The position numbers and the translations under genes were made by a program. Under the pieces are notes generated by a model. It was not told where the DNA came from. It saw nothing but the letters and a program-made list of their open reading frames with translations, and searched no databases. From NCBI GenBank assembly GCA_036630325.1, contig CP142727.1, forward strand, positions 930,001 through 994,000: 64,000 nt of DNA. The letters run 5' to 3'. Shown here one piece after another: positions 37,918 through 48,496 of this stretch (position 1 is its first letter; each line of letters opens with the position of its first letter). Source of the DNA: Vairimorpha necatrix (Eukaryota).

Positions 37918-40598
37918 TGGCGTGTTTACCGGGAAGCTTGCCTGTAGCAAGAAAGCATTCAATGATGCTACGGTTTGGGGAGCCGTGAAAACCGGAGTTA
38001 AAAGAGTTAGAGTGAAACGATTGTTTATTGTTATGGAAAGAGTTTTGTTTATCTGATTTGTAGAAGGAAGAGGGTTTGTTATTGTTCTGATGTTGTACCA
38101 TGTTGTTTCATGGAATTTCTTTATTTACATACATGGTAACCAATAGAAAAGAAATAAGATTTGGCTGACCAATAATAGTCGACCATAGTTGATCGTTCCG
38201 AAGAAGCATCAGCGTTTTAATATTTATTGGTTTTATAAATCATGTGGTATGATCCATTATACCACATACTGGCCTCCTTCAGAACGCCAAATTTCGAATG
38301 TGCGTCCACGTTTTTTCATCTTTAAGTCTTACCCAATTCCCTTTAGATCCTACTTCTTCAATTAACCTTTTTGGTCAATATTTGCGATCAAGTTTAGAGG
38401 CGCTCAAATTTCTTTTATAGACTGTATCTCCTTTCATGAGAGGTGGAATATGCTTGATAGATTTTTGCTTTGGTGTGTATGTCTGTGGCTTGTTTTCAAT
38501 GTCATAGAAATCTCGCTTATTGGCTATAATATATGGAGATGTTCGAATTCCTCTATTATAGTTTATGTTTAAAGTTTCCTCGGCCATTTTAACTGTTTTT
38601 AGTATACTTTGATTTTTATTAATGGATAGTATAAACGCGATGGTCTGATTTATTCGCTCCGAGATTCCGTTAGATTTGGGCGTATAAGTAGGTATTAATA
38701 TATGATTTATTCCTACTTCTTCAAAATAGTTCTTTTGTGCTGACGACGTGTATTGCCTGCCGTTATCTGATATTACGTGCTTAGGCTGTTCTTTTATTTT
38801 TGTCCAATAATCTATCGACTCGATTATTTGTCTTGTTTTAATAGATTTAAAGAAAAATAATTTACTTTCTATTGAAAATATATCTGAAATAGTCAGGATA
38901 TATCCTGTCTTTTCCTCGGGAGTTGAATTGTCGTTTTGTTCGTAATATTTAAACGGTCCGAATATGTCCGTCGATATTCGTTCATATAGCCTTAGTGATT
39001 CTAATTTTGTATTTTGTAAGCGTTTATAAGTACTTAATAATTCTTTGTCTTCTGAAACAATGGGTAAGCACGTGGTTTCGTATAATATTTCATCAAGTGA
39101 CTCTTTGGTCAACTTCTCTGCGTCGATGAAAGAGATCTTTTTATTATTCTCCAAGACTAGCATTCTTTTGTTAATATTTAATATAGCATTGTTGGCGACA
39201 AGAAATTCATATCCTATAATTAAATCTTCTGGTATTCTTTCTAACACATAAAACTTAACAAAAAATTCTTTTTTCGTCAAGCGCTAACTTTGTTTCTACA
39301 GATAAGGATGTCGTTTCTTTAGTACCACTTCCGAATATCATGGTTACTGGTTTTGCCTCGATAGGTTTTAGATTTAATTCTTTTAATAATTTTTTATGAA
39401 TATAATTGTGTGTTGCGCCTGTATCAATGAAAAATTGTAGCTTTTTAGAGTGCAACTTTCCCTGTATTTTGATTCCATCTTGAGTAATTGTTTTTAGTTC
39501 CGAAATAAGTAAATTATTTTTCTGTTCTTTATCATTCCTATGCTGGGAACAGTCCTTTGTGTTATGAAATTTCGATTGGTGCTACTTACACCATTTTTTG
39601 TTTGAAAAGGTTTTTTTTACTTTAGAGACAGATATCGTGGTTGCACAGTATTGTTTAGCGTCTGTCAATTGTGCTATGATGGTTTCTTTTAATTCCGATA
39701 AAAAATTAATTACTTCTTCGAATGAAGCCGTTTTAAGTCGTTGGTCTGTAATTTTTATTGTGGTGTGTGTACCTAGACCTTTAAAGAAGATTTCTTCTTG
39801 TTTTCTTTCTACCTCCTTCCTTGTCAATTCATTTACGTGTATATATCCTTCTAATTCTTGTAAAATTTTCTCCATATATTCGTTTATGGTTTTATAGTCC
39901 GTCTGCTTAATTTTATCTATTTTATTAGAAAGTATTCTGCATTTAGTTTTTGGGTAAATTATGTCAAGAAGCTGTTTTCTTAGAGCAATATAGCTATTCT
40001 TTGCAATTTTTCTTTGTACATGCTATCGTAAATTAAACTATGGTAAATTTGTCCTGCTTGGGAGTCGTTCCACTTGTTATAATTGGAAAGTGTTTCAAAA
40101 TCATTTAGATTTCTTAGCGAAAGTTCTGTTTTAATATTATAGATTTTTTGAATGTGCTCTCTGATGGTAGTTTCGGTCCCTTCTACGGTTCGAGTGGATT
40201 CAGCGTAGGAATGTTTATTTTCAGATAAGAACTCTTTTTTCGTATAGCCATTTGAGCTCAAATTGGCGTGTTTACCGGGGAGCTTGCCTGTAGCAAGGAA
40301 GCATTCAATGATGCTACGGTTTGGAGTGCTGTGAAACCAGAGTTTAGATAGTTGGAAGAAAATAATGTTTATTGTTATAAAATGAGTTTTGTTCATCTGA
40401 TTTGTAGAAGAAAGAGTGTTGTCATTGTTACGATGTTGTTCATGGAATTTATTTATTTATATATATGGTAACCAATAGAAAAAAAATAAGATTTGGCTGA
40501 CCAAAAATAGTCGACCATAGTTGATCGTTTCGAAGAAGCATCAGCGTTTTAATATTTATTGGTTTTATAAATCATGTGGTATGATCCATTATACCACA
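37918..40598 (-). mobile_element. Ty3/gypsy element lacking RT/RNase H, inserted in the RT of the compact element
   Basis: LTRs 37918-38266 and 40264-40598; 5-bp TSD ACCAT; PPT GAAGGAGG; gag remnants, protease FFIDTGATHNYI, integrase core. Confidence 0.92.
38375..39280 (-). CDS. In-frame fusion of protease C-terminus and integrase catalytic core
   Basis: 301-aa ORF: EDLIIGYEFL followed by ISTDIFGP / ISDNGRQY / GISERINQ (D,D,E). No RT, RNase H or HHCC. Confidence 0.65.
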   Translation of the reverse strand: MTKKEFFVKFYVLERIPEDLIIGYEFLVANNAILNINKRMLVLENNKKISFIDAEKLTKESLDEILYETTCLPIVSEDKELLSTYKRLQNTKLESLRLYERISTDIFGPFKYYEQNDNSTPEEKTGYILTISDIFSIESKLFFFKSIKTRQIIESIDYWTKIKEQPKHVISDNGRQYTSSAQKNYFEEVGINHILIPTYTPKSNGISERINQTIAFILSINKNQSILKTVKMAEETLNINYNRGIRTSPYIIANKRDFYDIENKPQTYTPKQKSIKHIPPLMKGDTVYKRNLSASKLDRKY

Positions 40599-41789
40599 AC
40601 CATACTATTCCATTCGTAAACTTTCTTATTTAATTCAATGGCCACTTGTGTTTATCTTTTTCTTCGATTTCAAAATGGTAAAATGCTTCTTTACAATCAA
40701 CAACAGTAAATATCATCGGCCCTTGCTTAGCTCAATATTTTCTCTCATATTCGATAATTCATATGGGCCTTTCTCGATTAAATCATCAACCCTATAAAGT
40801 TACTAGCTACTCTTACTTCACCACTTGGTTTAAGTATCGCTCTTATTATATTTCTCCATTCCGATGACGATCTTCTAATAATCTTTCTATTTTTTAAATC
40901 ATTAATATATTCCTCTGTCTGTTTGATTAAGCCTGTGAGATCGTTTGTCCCTCCCTGACTATCTTCTTACCCTCTGGTGTGTCTATCTTACACTTTTCTA
41001 ATGTACAATAACCTATAGCCTTATCTCCTTGTTTAAAAACTTCTTCATATTTCGCTTTGAGGTCTTACAACGTAAATTCCTTCTTTAGTAATCTTTTTTG
41101 TCTCTTTATTGCACGCATATATTTTTTCTAACTTTCTTTTATCACTATTATTATATGCCCCCAACTTAACTCGTTTTGTCTTTCCATTTGGTTTATATCC
41201 TTTATTATCATCACTGCTATTATAACTTTGACTTCCGTCTAACTTTAAATACGAATAAAGCTCTTTATCATTTTCCTGATTATTGTTTCTTCCTAGATAG
41301 CAGTTCCTAGCCATATGGCCAAATTTCCAACAATTAAAACAATTCCTACTTCTTCTTATTTCTTGTACTGAATTCCTCAAAACTAAATCTTTCTCTTGCA
41401 TTTCTTTTCTCATGGTTTCTCTAACATTCTCTGTTATAGCCTCAAGAAGTTCTCTCCTGTTTTCTTCTCTACACATTTCCCCTCTAATTTCTCAATTATT
41501 TTATAATATTCGTCCTCTTTACTGATTCTTTCTACCATAAAAATTTTTATTTCTTCACTTCCTCCCATAAACACATTTGGCTTGCACAAAATGGATTCTA
41601 CTTCCACCATCTCTGCCCTGTACATAATTCTTCTAACTTCCTTTGATGACTTTTTGACCTCTAGACCACAGTCCCTACTTGTAAACTGACAATTCGGTAT
41701 CGCCCCATATCTTTATTTATCATAATGAGGGTAGAAATTATACAAATATATAACAATAAGTACAAACATTGCCAAAGAGAATTAATAGC

Positions 41790-42978
41790 CTCACATTTGG
41801 GATTATTCGATTTTTTCGAAGCCCAAAATAAAGTTCGAAAGAGGTTGAGCAATTAGAAGGCAAAAAATAATGTCCCCTTACGATATTAAAAATACTTAAT
41901 AAAAAAATAAAATGACTTTTGCTTAATTTTAAGCCATTTTTTTTTGATTTAAACCATTATAGAAACAATTTCTAAGGGTGTTATTAGTATTGTTTCTTCT
42001 AAATGAAAATATGTAAAATCTTATTATACCTTTAATTTCATTTTTTATTGGTATCACGTTTTTCTTGCAACCAAATTCTTTTAATTGTATTTGTTTGGAC
42101 CTTATTCATTAGAATACACAACCAAGTGCATTATTTACTATATAGTAGTTATAAATTCCTATTTTTCGTAAATTTACGTATTCTTTCCAACATTGCGTAT
42201 TGAATATTGATCCAAGTATTACGTACTCTCCGATGAACCTTCCAAAGATTTGGCCTTCCAATTTTTTACCTTATGTAGGATTGTTCCCCTTTTTGCCATT
42301 ACGACCATTCTAAGTACATAAACAACAAACTTTATGTGTTTTATTCATTTTCAATCCCTTAATTTTGACGAGTCAATCTCTACAAAAATACCCAGTCCAT
42401 CAATCTTCGTTTTTGTCTTAAACAATCTTAACAACTTCACAAATTATAGTATTTATTAGCCTTTTACTCATAAATAGTTTGTTTTTCATGTTTTAAAAGA
42501 AAGGTTATTAAGAATTATAAAAATCACTCGACGCTCTTTAACCAAGGTAATTTTGCGTTAAAAGGCTTTTTGTTTGTTAAAATGATAGCTTCTACATGTT
42601 CTCGTCGAACACTTGAGTAGTTTAGGCCTTTTTACATATTTTAAATTAAACTACAAATGAAATATAGCATAGTTTTATTTGGATTTCAATGCTAACAACC
42701 TTGATTTCTTCGTCCTCTTTATAGTTCTCGATCATTTTTAAGGGGCTTGTATAATGCAACTTAATTAAATTTATAAAAATGTTAAATTTAAATTATCCTT
42801 AAAACATTATAACAAGACAACTCTGGTTAAAATTAAATTTAAAGCCTTTTCTTTATGAAGCATGTTTGATAGCCAAAATGGTCAGAATTTTTTGTGTCCT
42901 ACTTGCTCCACCTTTTTTGCACTTCATTTTAGGGGGTCGAAACACCCCCATATCTAAATGCGGTGACTGTAAGTTTCC
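41790..42978 (-). mobile_element. Degenerate Merlin/ISXO2-type transposon
   Basis: KIDGLGIFVEIDSSKL, VLRMVV; eroded TIR-family sequence at both ends. Boundaries approximate. Confidence 0.65.
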
Positions 42979-44561
42979 TAACTTCCAATTTTTTTTCTTA
43001 TAGTAGACATATTGATGGTAATGATTGTTTAAAGCATATAAAAATTGCGTCTTTATATAAATTTAAGATGATATATTACAATAAATTTATTCATTTTGAT
43101 TTCTCCTTATAGAGCTATATTTATATAAATTTTCTTATATACTTTACGTACTTTTCTTCAGAAATTTTGTCGCATAGAATCTGTCGAGGTTTTATGTGTC
43201 AGACTTAATTTGTAGAAGTTTGTCTTAATAAGTTAAAGAATTTATTGATAATGTAATAAAACGAATATGTATGGTTTATACTACGAATATTGTTTTTTAG
43301 CACATAGGTAGATTTAATATAAAACAATAATTTTATGTATCTTAAAATATGAAATCGAAATTATCTAATTCTTACTGTTGGATCGATGACTATAACAGAA
43401 AAAAATCATAAATGTTTTTTGTTATAAAAATAATCAATAGGACTATTGGTTGTAAGCAATCAAAGATGTTTCACCTATTGGTTAGATATTTGCTTTAATA
43501 AAACAATAAAAATCAACTTATCAAACACCTAATAATTGCTGCAGCATTTATTACTTTGTGCTTTTAAAAACACTTTAACCAATATTGCTTCTTAACTATG
43601 AGTAAAACTTACGATAGTACACATAAATAGAAAATCTGTGTAAGGTGTAGCCACAAGATCAAAATATGTAATTTCAATCAGAAATGCTATAGTTAAAGTT
43701 AATGGACGATCTTAATTTGACCATATGTCTGTTTTGTTGAGGAAAATGGTATCACATGGAAGACAGACTTCTAAATGTGTTCATCTTTGGTTTAACTGGG
43801 CATTTTCCACTTGCCTTGTTCGTTAAGAAGTCTTTAGATAAAACGTTATTCAAAAAAACTTTGAAAGAACAATGTACGCCTTTTCATGGCGAAATAAAGT
43901 ATATACATATTGAGGTAAAGAAAGACTAGCAATTTACGCGAGATTAAAGGGATTATAAAATACAATAAATAAGACCAATGGACATTTAAAAACACATTTC
44001 GACATTTAATTTTTAATTATAGAGTCCATTAGATTATAAAATTTATAAATTACTGAGAAATAACTCCGTAAAACTTGGGGTTAATAGCGGTGTTTCCAAA
44101 GTATACAGTACCACCTGCCCATTTGTGTATCTATTTATATAATTAAACAGACGGCTAGGAATTTTTATTTATTTACGAATAGGTATTTCTTAAATTATGT
44201 AACAAACGCAATAAGAGAGATGGCGTTGTGCAAAATTTAAAAAAAATAATAAAATGATTAAAGGTCTATATAAATCATGAAAAAATTAAAAATAGTAAAT
44301 TTATTTTTGTCTGAGTAGTAGTATGATATCCTAAATATCATACGATATGTTTACTAACACTTTCCTCCAAATTTGACATCTTTCCCTCCAAGTCCAATAC
44401 TTTCCCCTTGATAAATATTTAAACATTCTACCCATTCAGGAGTACGAGATGAATAAAGGACAGGAAACAAGAAGAACAACCAATACGGTAAACAACCAAA
44501 TAAATATTGATATTCTTGATATGTTCTTAAGTGGTGGATACCACAAGTAGTCTCAAATAAA

Positions 44562-45160
44562 GGCTGGCCGGAAGTTTCGTCCCGGTGGTAGGGGATAAAA
44601 AATAAAAATACTCATTTTTTTTTTATTTTTTAACCCTAAACACCGGGACGAAACTTCCGAAATAAAAATAAAAATTTAAAACTTAAATAAATTCAAAGAT
44701 ACAATCTGCACCAAACCCTCCATCTTCAGTTTTATTTAAAAATTTTACCTCCGAATCTCTTATTCTTCGTATTTTTGTTTACGTTCAAAACATGATTTAA
44801 AACGGTTTGATCTATTATCTTGATTTTAACTATATCTTTTTCATCCTTGAACTTACTCACTAAAAATGAAAACTGTAGCGACTTGTACCAAATAAGTTTT
44901 TAAAGGTATTATGCCAACTTTTAATGCATTAATCGTTCTTGAAAAATCTACATCCATACTATTTCGCGTGTGCCACAAATTCGGCGGAAACAGCATCCTA
45001 AATCAATTTAATTGGTATAAAAATAGGAATTTAACTTGGTCAAGCATTCCGGGAAATTTCTGTATTGTTTTAATTCTAAAAAATATACAATAAAACGTCT
45101 TATTTAATATATGTAAGCGCCGTAAGATACAAAACAAATTTTTAAACATAGATTCACATG
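44562..45160 (-). mobile_element. MULE/Mutator-like 3' end
   Basis: LFPPNLW..RTINAL/SWHNTFK..KFKDE; 19-bp inverted repeat CGGAAGTTTCGTCCCGGTG (44569-44587 / 44641-44659). Confidence 0.62.
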
Positions 45161-47447
45161 TGCCAGAAACAGGTGGATATCAATGTATCTTAAATAATAC
45201 TCTATGAGTAAAGTTGGAATATTCTTAGATGGTAACATTTTTAAAGATATTTTTTCTTTATAAGTTTTAAAGGAGTTTCTTCTTTTGATAGAAACATTCT
45301 ATTGGTAGAAACAGATTGATCCTGTTTCAGAATGAAACAATTATAAAAGTAAATAAAATCATGTTGTGTTATGTTTACATAACATTCTACCCCACCGAAG
45401 CCCAGTGTTTAATGTTCTTTACGTGGTAACATTTGTCACGCCCTTTAACTTTAATCCATAGCCCTTTGTCGGAAACTTCATCTACTGCATAGGGTCCTTC
45501 ATATTTCTGCCCCAATTTCTCTGCCGGAATTCTCAAATATACTTTATCATCTTTTTTATATTTATTGAACCTTTTGATTTCTTCATAAGGTCTTATCAAC
45601 TTTGTGTCTTGATAGTGCTTTATGTTACTGGGGTCGGAGATATCACGTCCTGTGGCAATAGTTAAGGCGTTTCCCTTTGTCGAGGTCAAGTAATTTTTGT
45701 TGACTCTTTGGCGTACTTTTGCCAGTATTCTTTTTATCCCTTCTTCTTATACATTCTTAAAATTTCAGAGAATGTTTGATTTAATCTTTCGCTGATTCCA
45801 TTTGAAGCAGATGTTTGCGCCGGAATTAGGTTGTGGCGTATGTTATTACTTTTGACGAAACTTTTAATTTAGTGCTTGTGTAATTTCGACCATTATCTGA
45901 AACTATTATGCTTGGTGTTTTGTAAGTACGACACCACTTCTCAAATACACTAACAAGCGTCTCGCTTCTTATGCTAGTAGTGAATTTGACCAGCGTGAAT
46001 CTCGAATATATATATATATATATATATATATATCTGTTATTGAATAAGGTAGCCCTTATTCTCCCCTTCTCAATACTCATGTCTTCCACATCAAACGGTC
46101 TATAGATGTCTGAAACACTGTACCAAAGCTCTTTTGAGATTATAGTTTTATCTTTGGGGTCGTTTTGTTTTCTCACCTTTTTATTCAGTTTGAATTTGCT
46201 GCAGTTATCCATGATTTCTTTAAACTTTTAATTACTATTTTTTATCCAATAATATTCTCTTACGTTGAAGTAGCAAGCATTAATTCCTACATGCGCACTT
46301 TTCTGTGGATGTATTTTAAATATTCGTTTGCATATTCTTCTTTGATTATGTATCTACCTTTCTCATCTTTGGTAGAAAAATCACACCAATTTCTTATCGG
46401 CTAAAGTAAGCATTAGCTACAAAAAATCGATATAGAGGTTTTTTGCCCCTTTTTTTAAAAAAATGGAGGAAAGAATTCGGACGGGAAGAGAATTGGAAAT
46501 CATATATTGTTTGATGGCTATAAATAGCAATATATTATTAAATACCCCAAATGTCTACTATTCTCAACATGGCACCCGGTACAGAAAACTCGTATAGAAG
46601 GATGGAAGCACCCAACTTCAGTTTAAAAAGTGCACTTGTAGATTGCATGAAGTTTGAGATATATTTTAAGACAAAAATATAATTGTAGATGAGGAAAAAA
46701 TAAACACCGTCTTATTATGTTCAGACGACGAAGCCGCTTATTTCTTGTACACAAACAAAGAAAAATTTACAAAAATTACATGGCGAACATTTAAGGGAAG
46801 AATTAAAAAATACATGGAAAGGAATGCTTTAGAGAAAATTTTAAAATCAAAACAAAAATATAATGAAGCAACAGCAACTCGGATAAAAAAAGTTCTTCCC
46901 CTGGCAAGTGCAGCCAACTTGCCTCAAGAATATACTAACATCTTATTAAGAATACATGTATTAACTTAGATTCAATGTTGATTATCCAAGAATGTTTGAT
47001 GGAACGTAATATTTACAAAGAGAAAGAAATGATTTTAAAAGATATAGATGAAGTGGAATATATTAAGAAAACTGCAAAAAAGATAAAAGCTAATAGAGAG
47101 ACAGTAATGAGAAGAAAAGGCGTTTCAGAGCCAAGACATAAAGAACCCATTAAACAAACTGACAAAACTGAAATGAAAAAATTTAATCAATTAGTAAAAG
47201 GGCCTATAGATAAAAACAAAAGTGATAATGTAACTGAGATTAAACTAAACAGTGTAAATATTTCCGCTTTTATGGATGAAGGATCAGATGTGAACATTAT
47301 CAATGAAAAGAAAGTAGAAGAAAGAGGGCTTTTTGCTTTACCCTGTGAACATACAACAATAAAAAACGTGTTTGGGGTAGTAACAGAACTGACTAAAAAG
47401 GTAGAGGTAACATTAAAAATCAATGATATTATACTTACTTAGGAATG

Positions 47448-48496
47448 GGCTAAAATCAGCATTAGTGTAAAAAAAATGGGGGGGTCAAAATTTTTAAAAA
47501 AATGCCCCTTTTTTAAAAAAAGGAAGGGAATGCTGAGTAAGGAAGAAACTGAAGATTTTTACGAACGTCTGCTAAACAAGAAATATAAGCAGAAATGTGC
47601 AAAATGTGGTTGGAATACGTCTAGAGTATCCAACGAAACAGCTTATTTGAGATGCAAGTTTCCCAAATGCAGGCACAGATTTTCAATTTGGAATAATACC
47701 TTATTTTCAAATAGTAAAATAGATCATCTTCTTATGTTGAAAATAATTAATCTGTGGATAATTGGAATTAAAATAGCGCAAATTTCAAAAATTTTGGATT
47801 GTAATGGTCAAAATATAAGTTACACACTCGAAAAATTATATAAATTAAAAATTTACGAGAAGTATATAAATAATACAAAACAAATTGGAGGCGGAAATAT
47901 TATAGTAGAGATCGATGAAAGTAAAATAGGGAAGAATAAATACCACAGGGGAAGATTGGTTAAAGGTTTTTGGTGTTTCGGGATGGTAGAAAGGACAGCC
48001 GAAAAGAAGATAATCTTTCAAATAATAAAAAAAAGAAACAAGGAAACATTGCTACCCATTTTATTTAAGCATGTAAATTTTGAATCCGTCATTTATTCGG
48101 ATATGTGGAGGGCGTATTCAACGTTAAAAAATCACTATGCGGACCATAGGACTGTGAATCACAGTCAAACTTTTAGAGACAGTGAGACGGGTGTTCATAC
48201 AAACACCATCGAAGGGAATTGGAGGTCTTTAAAAGCCTCTATACCCAATAGGTGTAGGACATATGAACTAGCTGAGATATATTTGACCCTCTATATGATT
48301 AGGAGAAATGAGAATCAAAATACCTTCGAAGCATTATTAAAATTATGTTTTTGATATATTTATTTATTTTAATGTTAATTTTTATGCATTTCTACATCTT
48401 AATTGCATTTTAGGATTTTCCTGAAGTTTTCTCTTCCCTTCCTTTTTTTAAAAATTTTGACCCCCCATTTTTTTTACACTAATGTTGATTTTAGCC
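47448..48496 (+). mobile_element. Intact Merlin/ISXO2-type DNA transposon (1049 bp)
   Basis: ~50-bp near-perfect TIRs starting GGCTAAAATC; perfect 8-bp TSD TAGGAATG; single intact ORF. Confidence 0.95.
47530..48354 (+). CDS. Merlin/ISXO2 (DDE_Tnp_IS1595) transposase, 274 aa
   Basis: N-terminal CxxC..Cx4C; VEIDESKIG, IYSDMWRAY, VNHS, HTNTIEGNW. Start placed at the ATG after the CCCC motif; the ORF-track ATG at 47476 lies inside the TIR. Confidence 0.92.
   Translation: MLSKEETEDFYERLLNKKYKQKCAKCGWNTSRVSNETAYLRCKFPKCRHRFSIWNNTLFSNSKIDHLLMLKIINLWIIGIKIAQISKILDCNGQNISYTLEKLYKLKIYEKYINNTKQIGGGNIIVEIDESKIGKNKYHRGRLVKGFWCFGMVERTAEKKIIFQIIKKRNKETLLPILFKHVNFESVIYSDMWRAYSTLKNHYADHRTVNHSQTFRDSETGVHTNTIEGNWRSLKASIPNRCRTYELAEIYLTLYMIRRNENQNTFEALLKLCF

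Larger units (their letters stand above)
35643..41755 (-). mobile_element. Compact Ty3/gypsy element with 46-48 bp LTRs, interrupted by two insertions
   Basis: LTRs 41708-41755 and 35643-35688; TGGGGCGATACC PBS; GAGAAGAGA PPT; TSD ATAAA / ATAAG. Gag CCHC (CFNCWKFGHMARNC), RT (VYEWNSMVMGYK), RNase H (ILKTDAS), integrase (YYWSG..C..Q, AFDLID, ITDNG). Confidence 0.85.

Noticed and set aside
37799-38101. Small ORFs overlapping LTRs or antisense to TE genes (e.g. 37823-38101, 36303-36629, 48505-48891, 49589-49945)
   Set aside because: They are shadows of TE sequence and are not conserved as ORFs between repeat copies.
46006-46033. (TA)n microsatellites here and at ~62848-62867
   Set aside because: Ordinary slippage expansions in AT-rich DNA.
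47448-48496. Bacterial IS1595 contamination
   Set aside because: It is inserted with a TSD inside a gypsy element and has decayed relatives throughout the window, consistent with eukaryotic Merlin.
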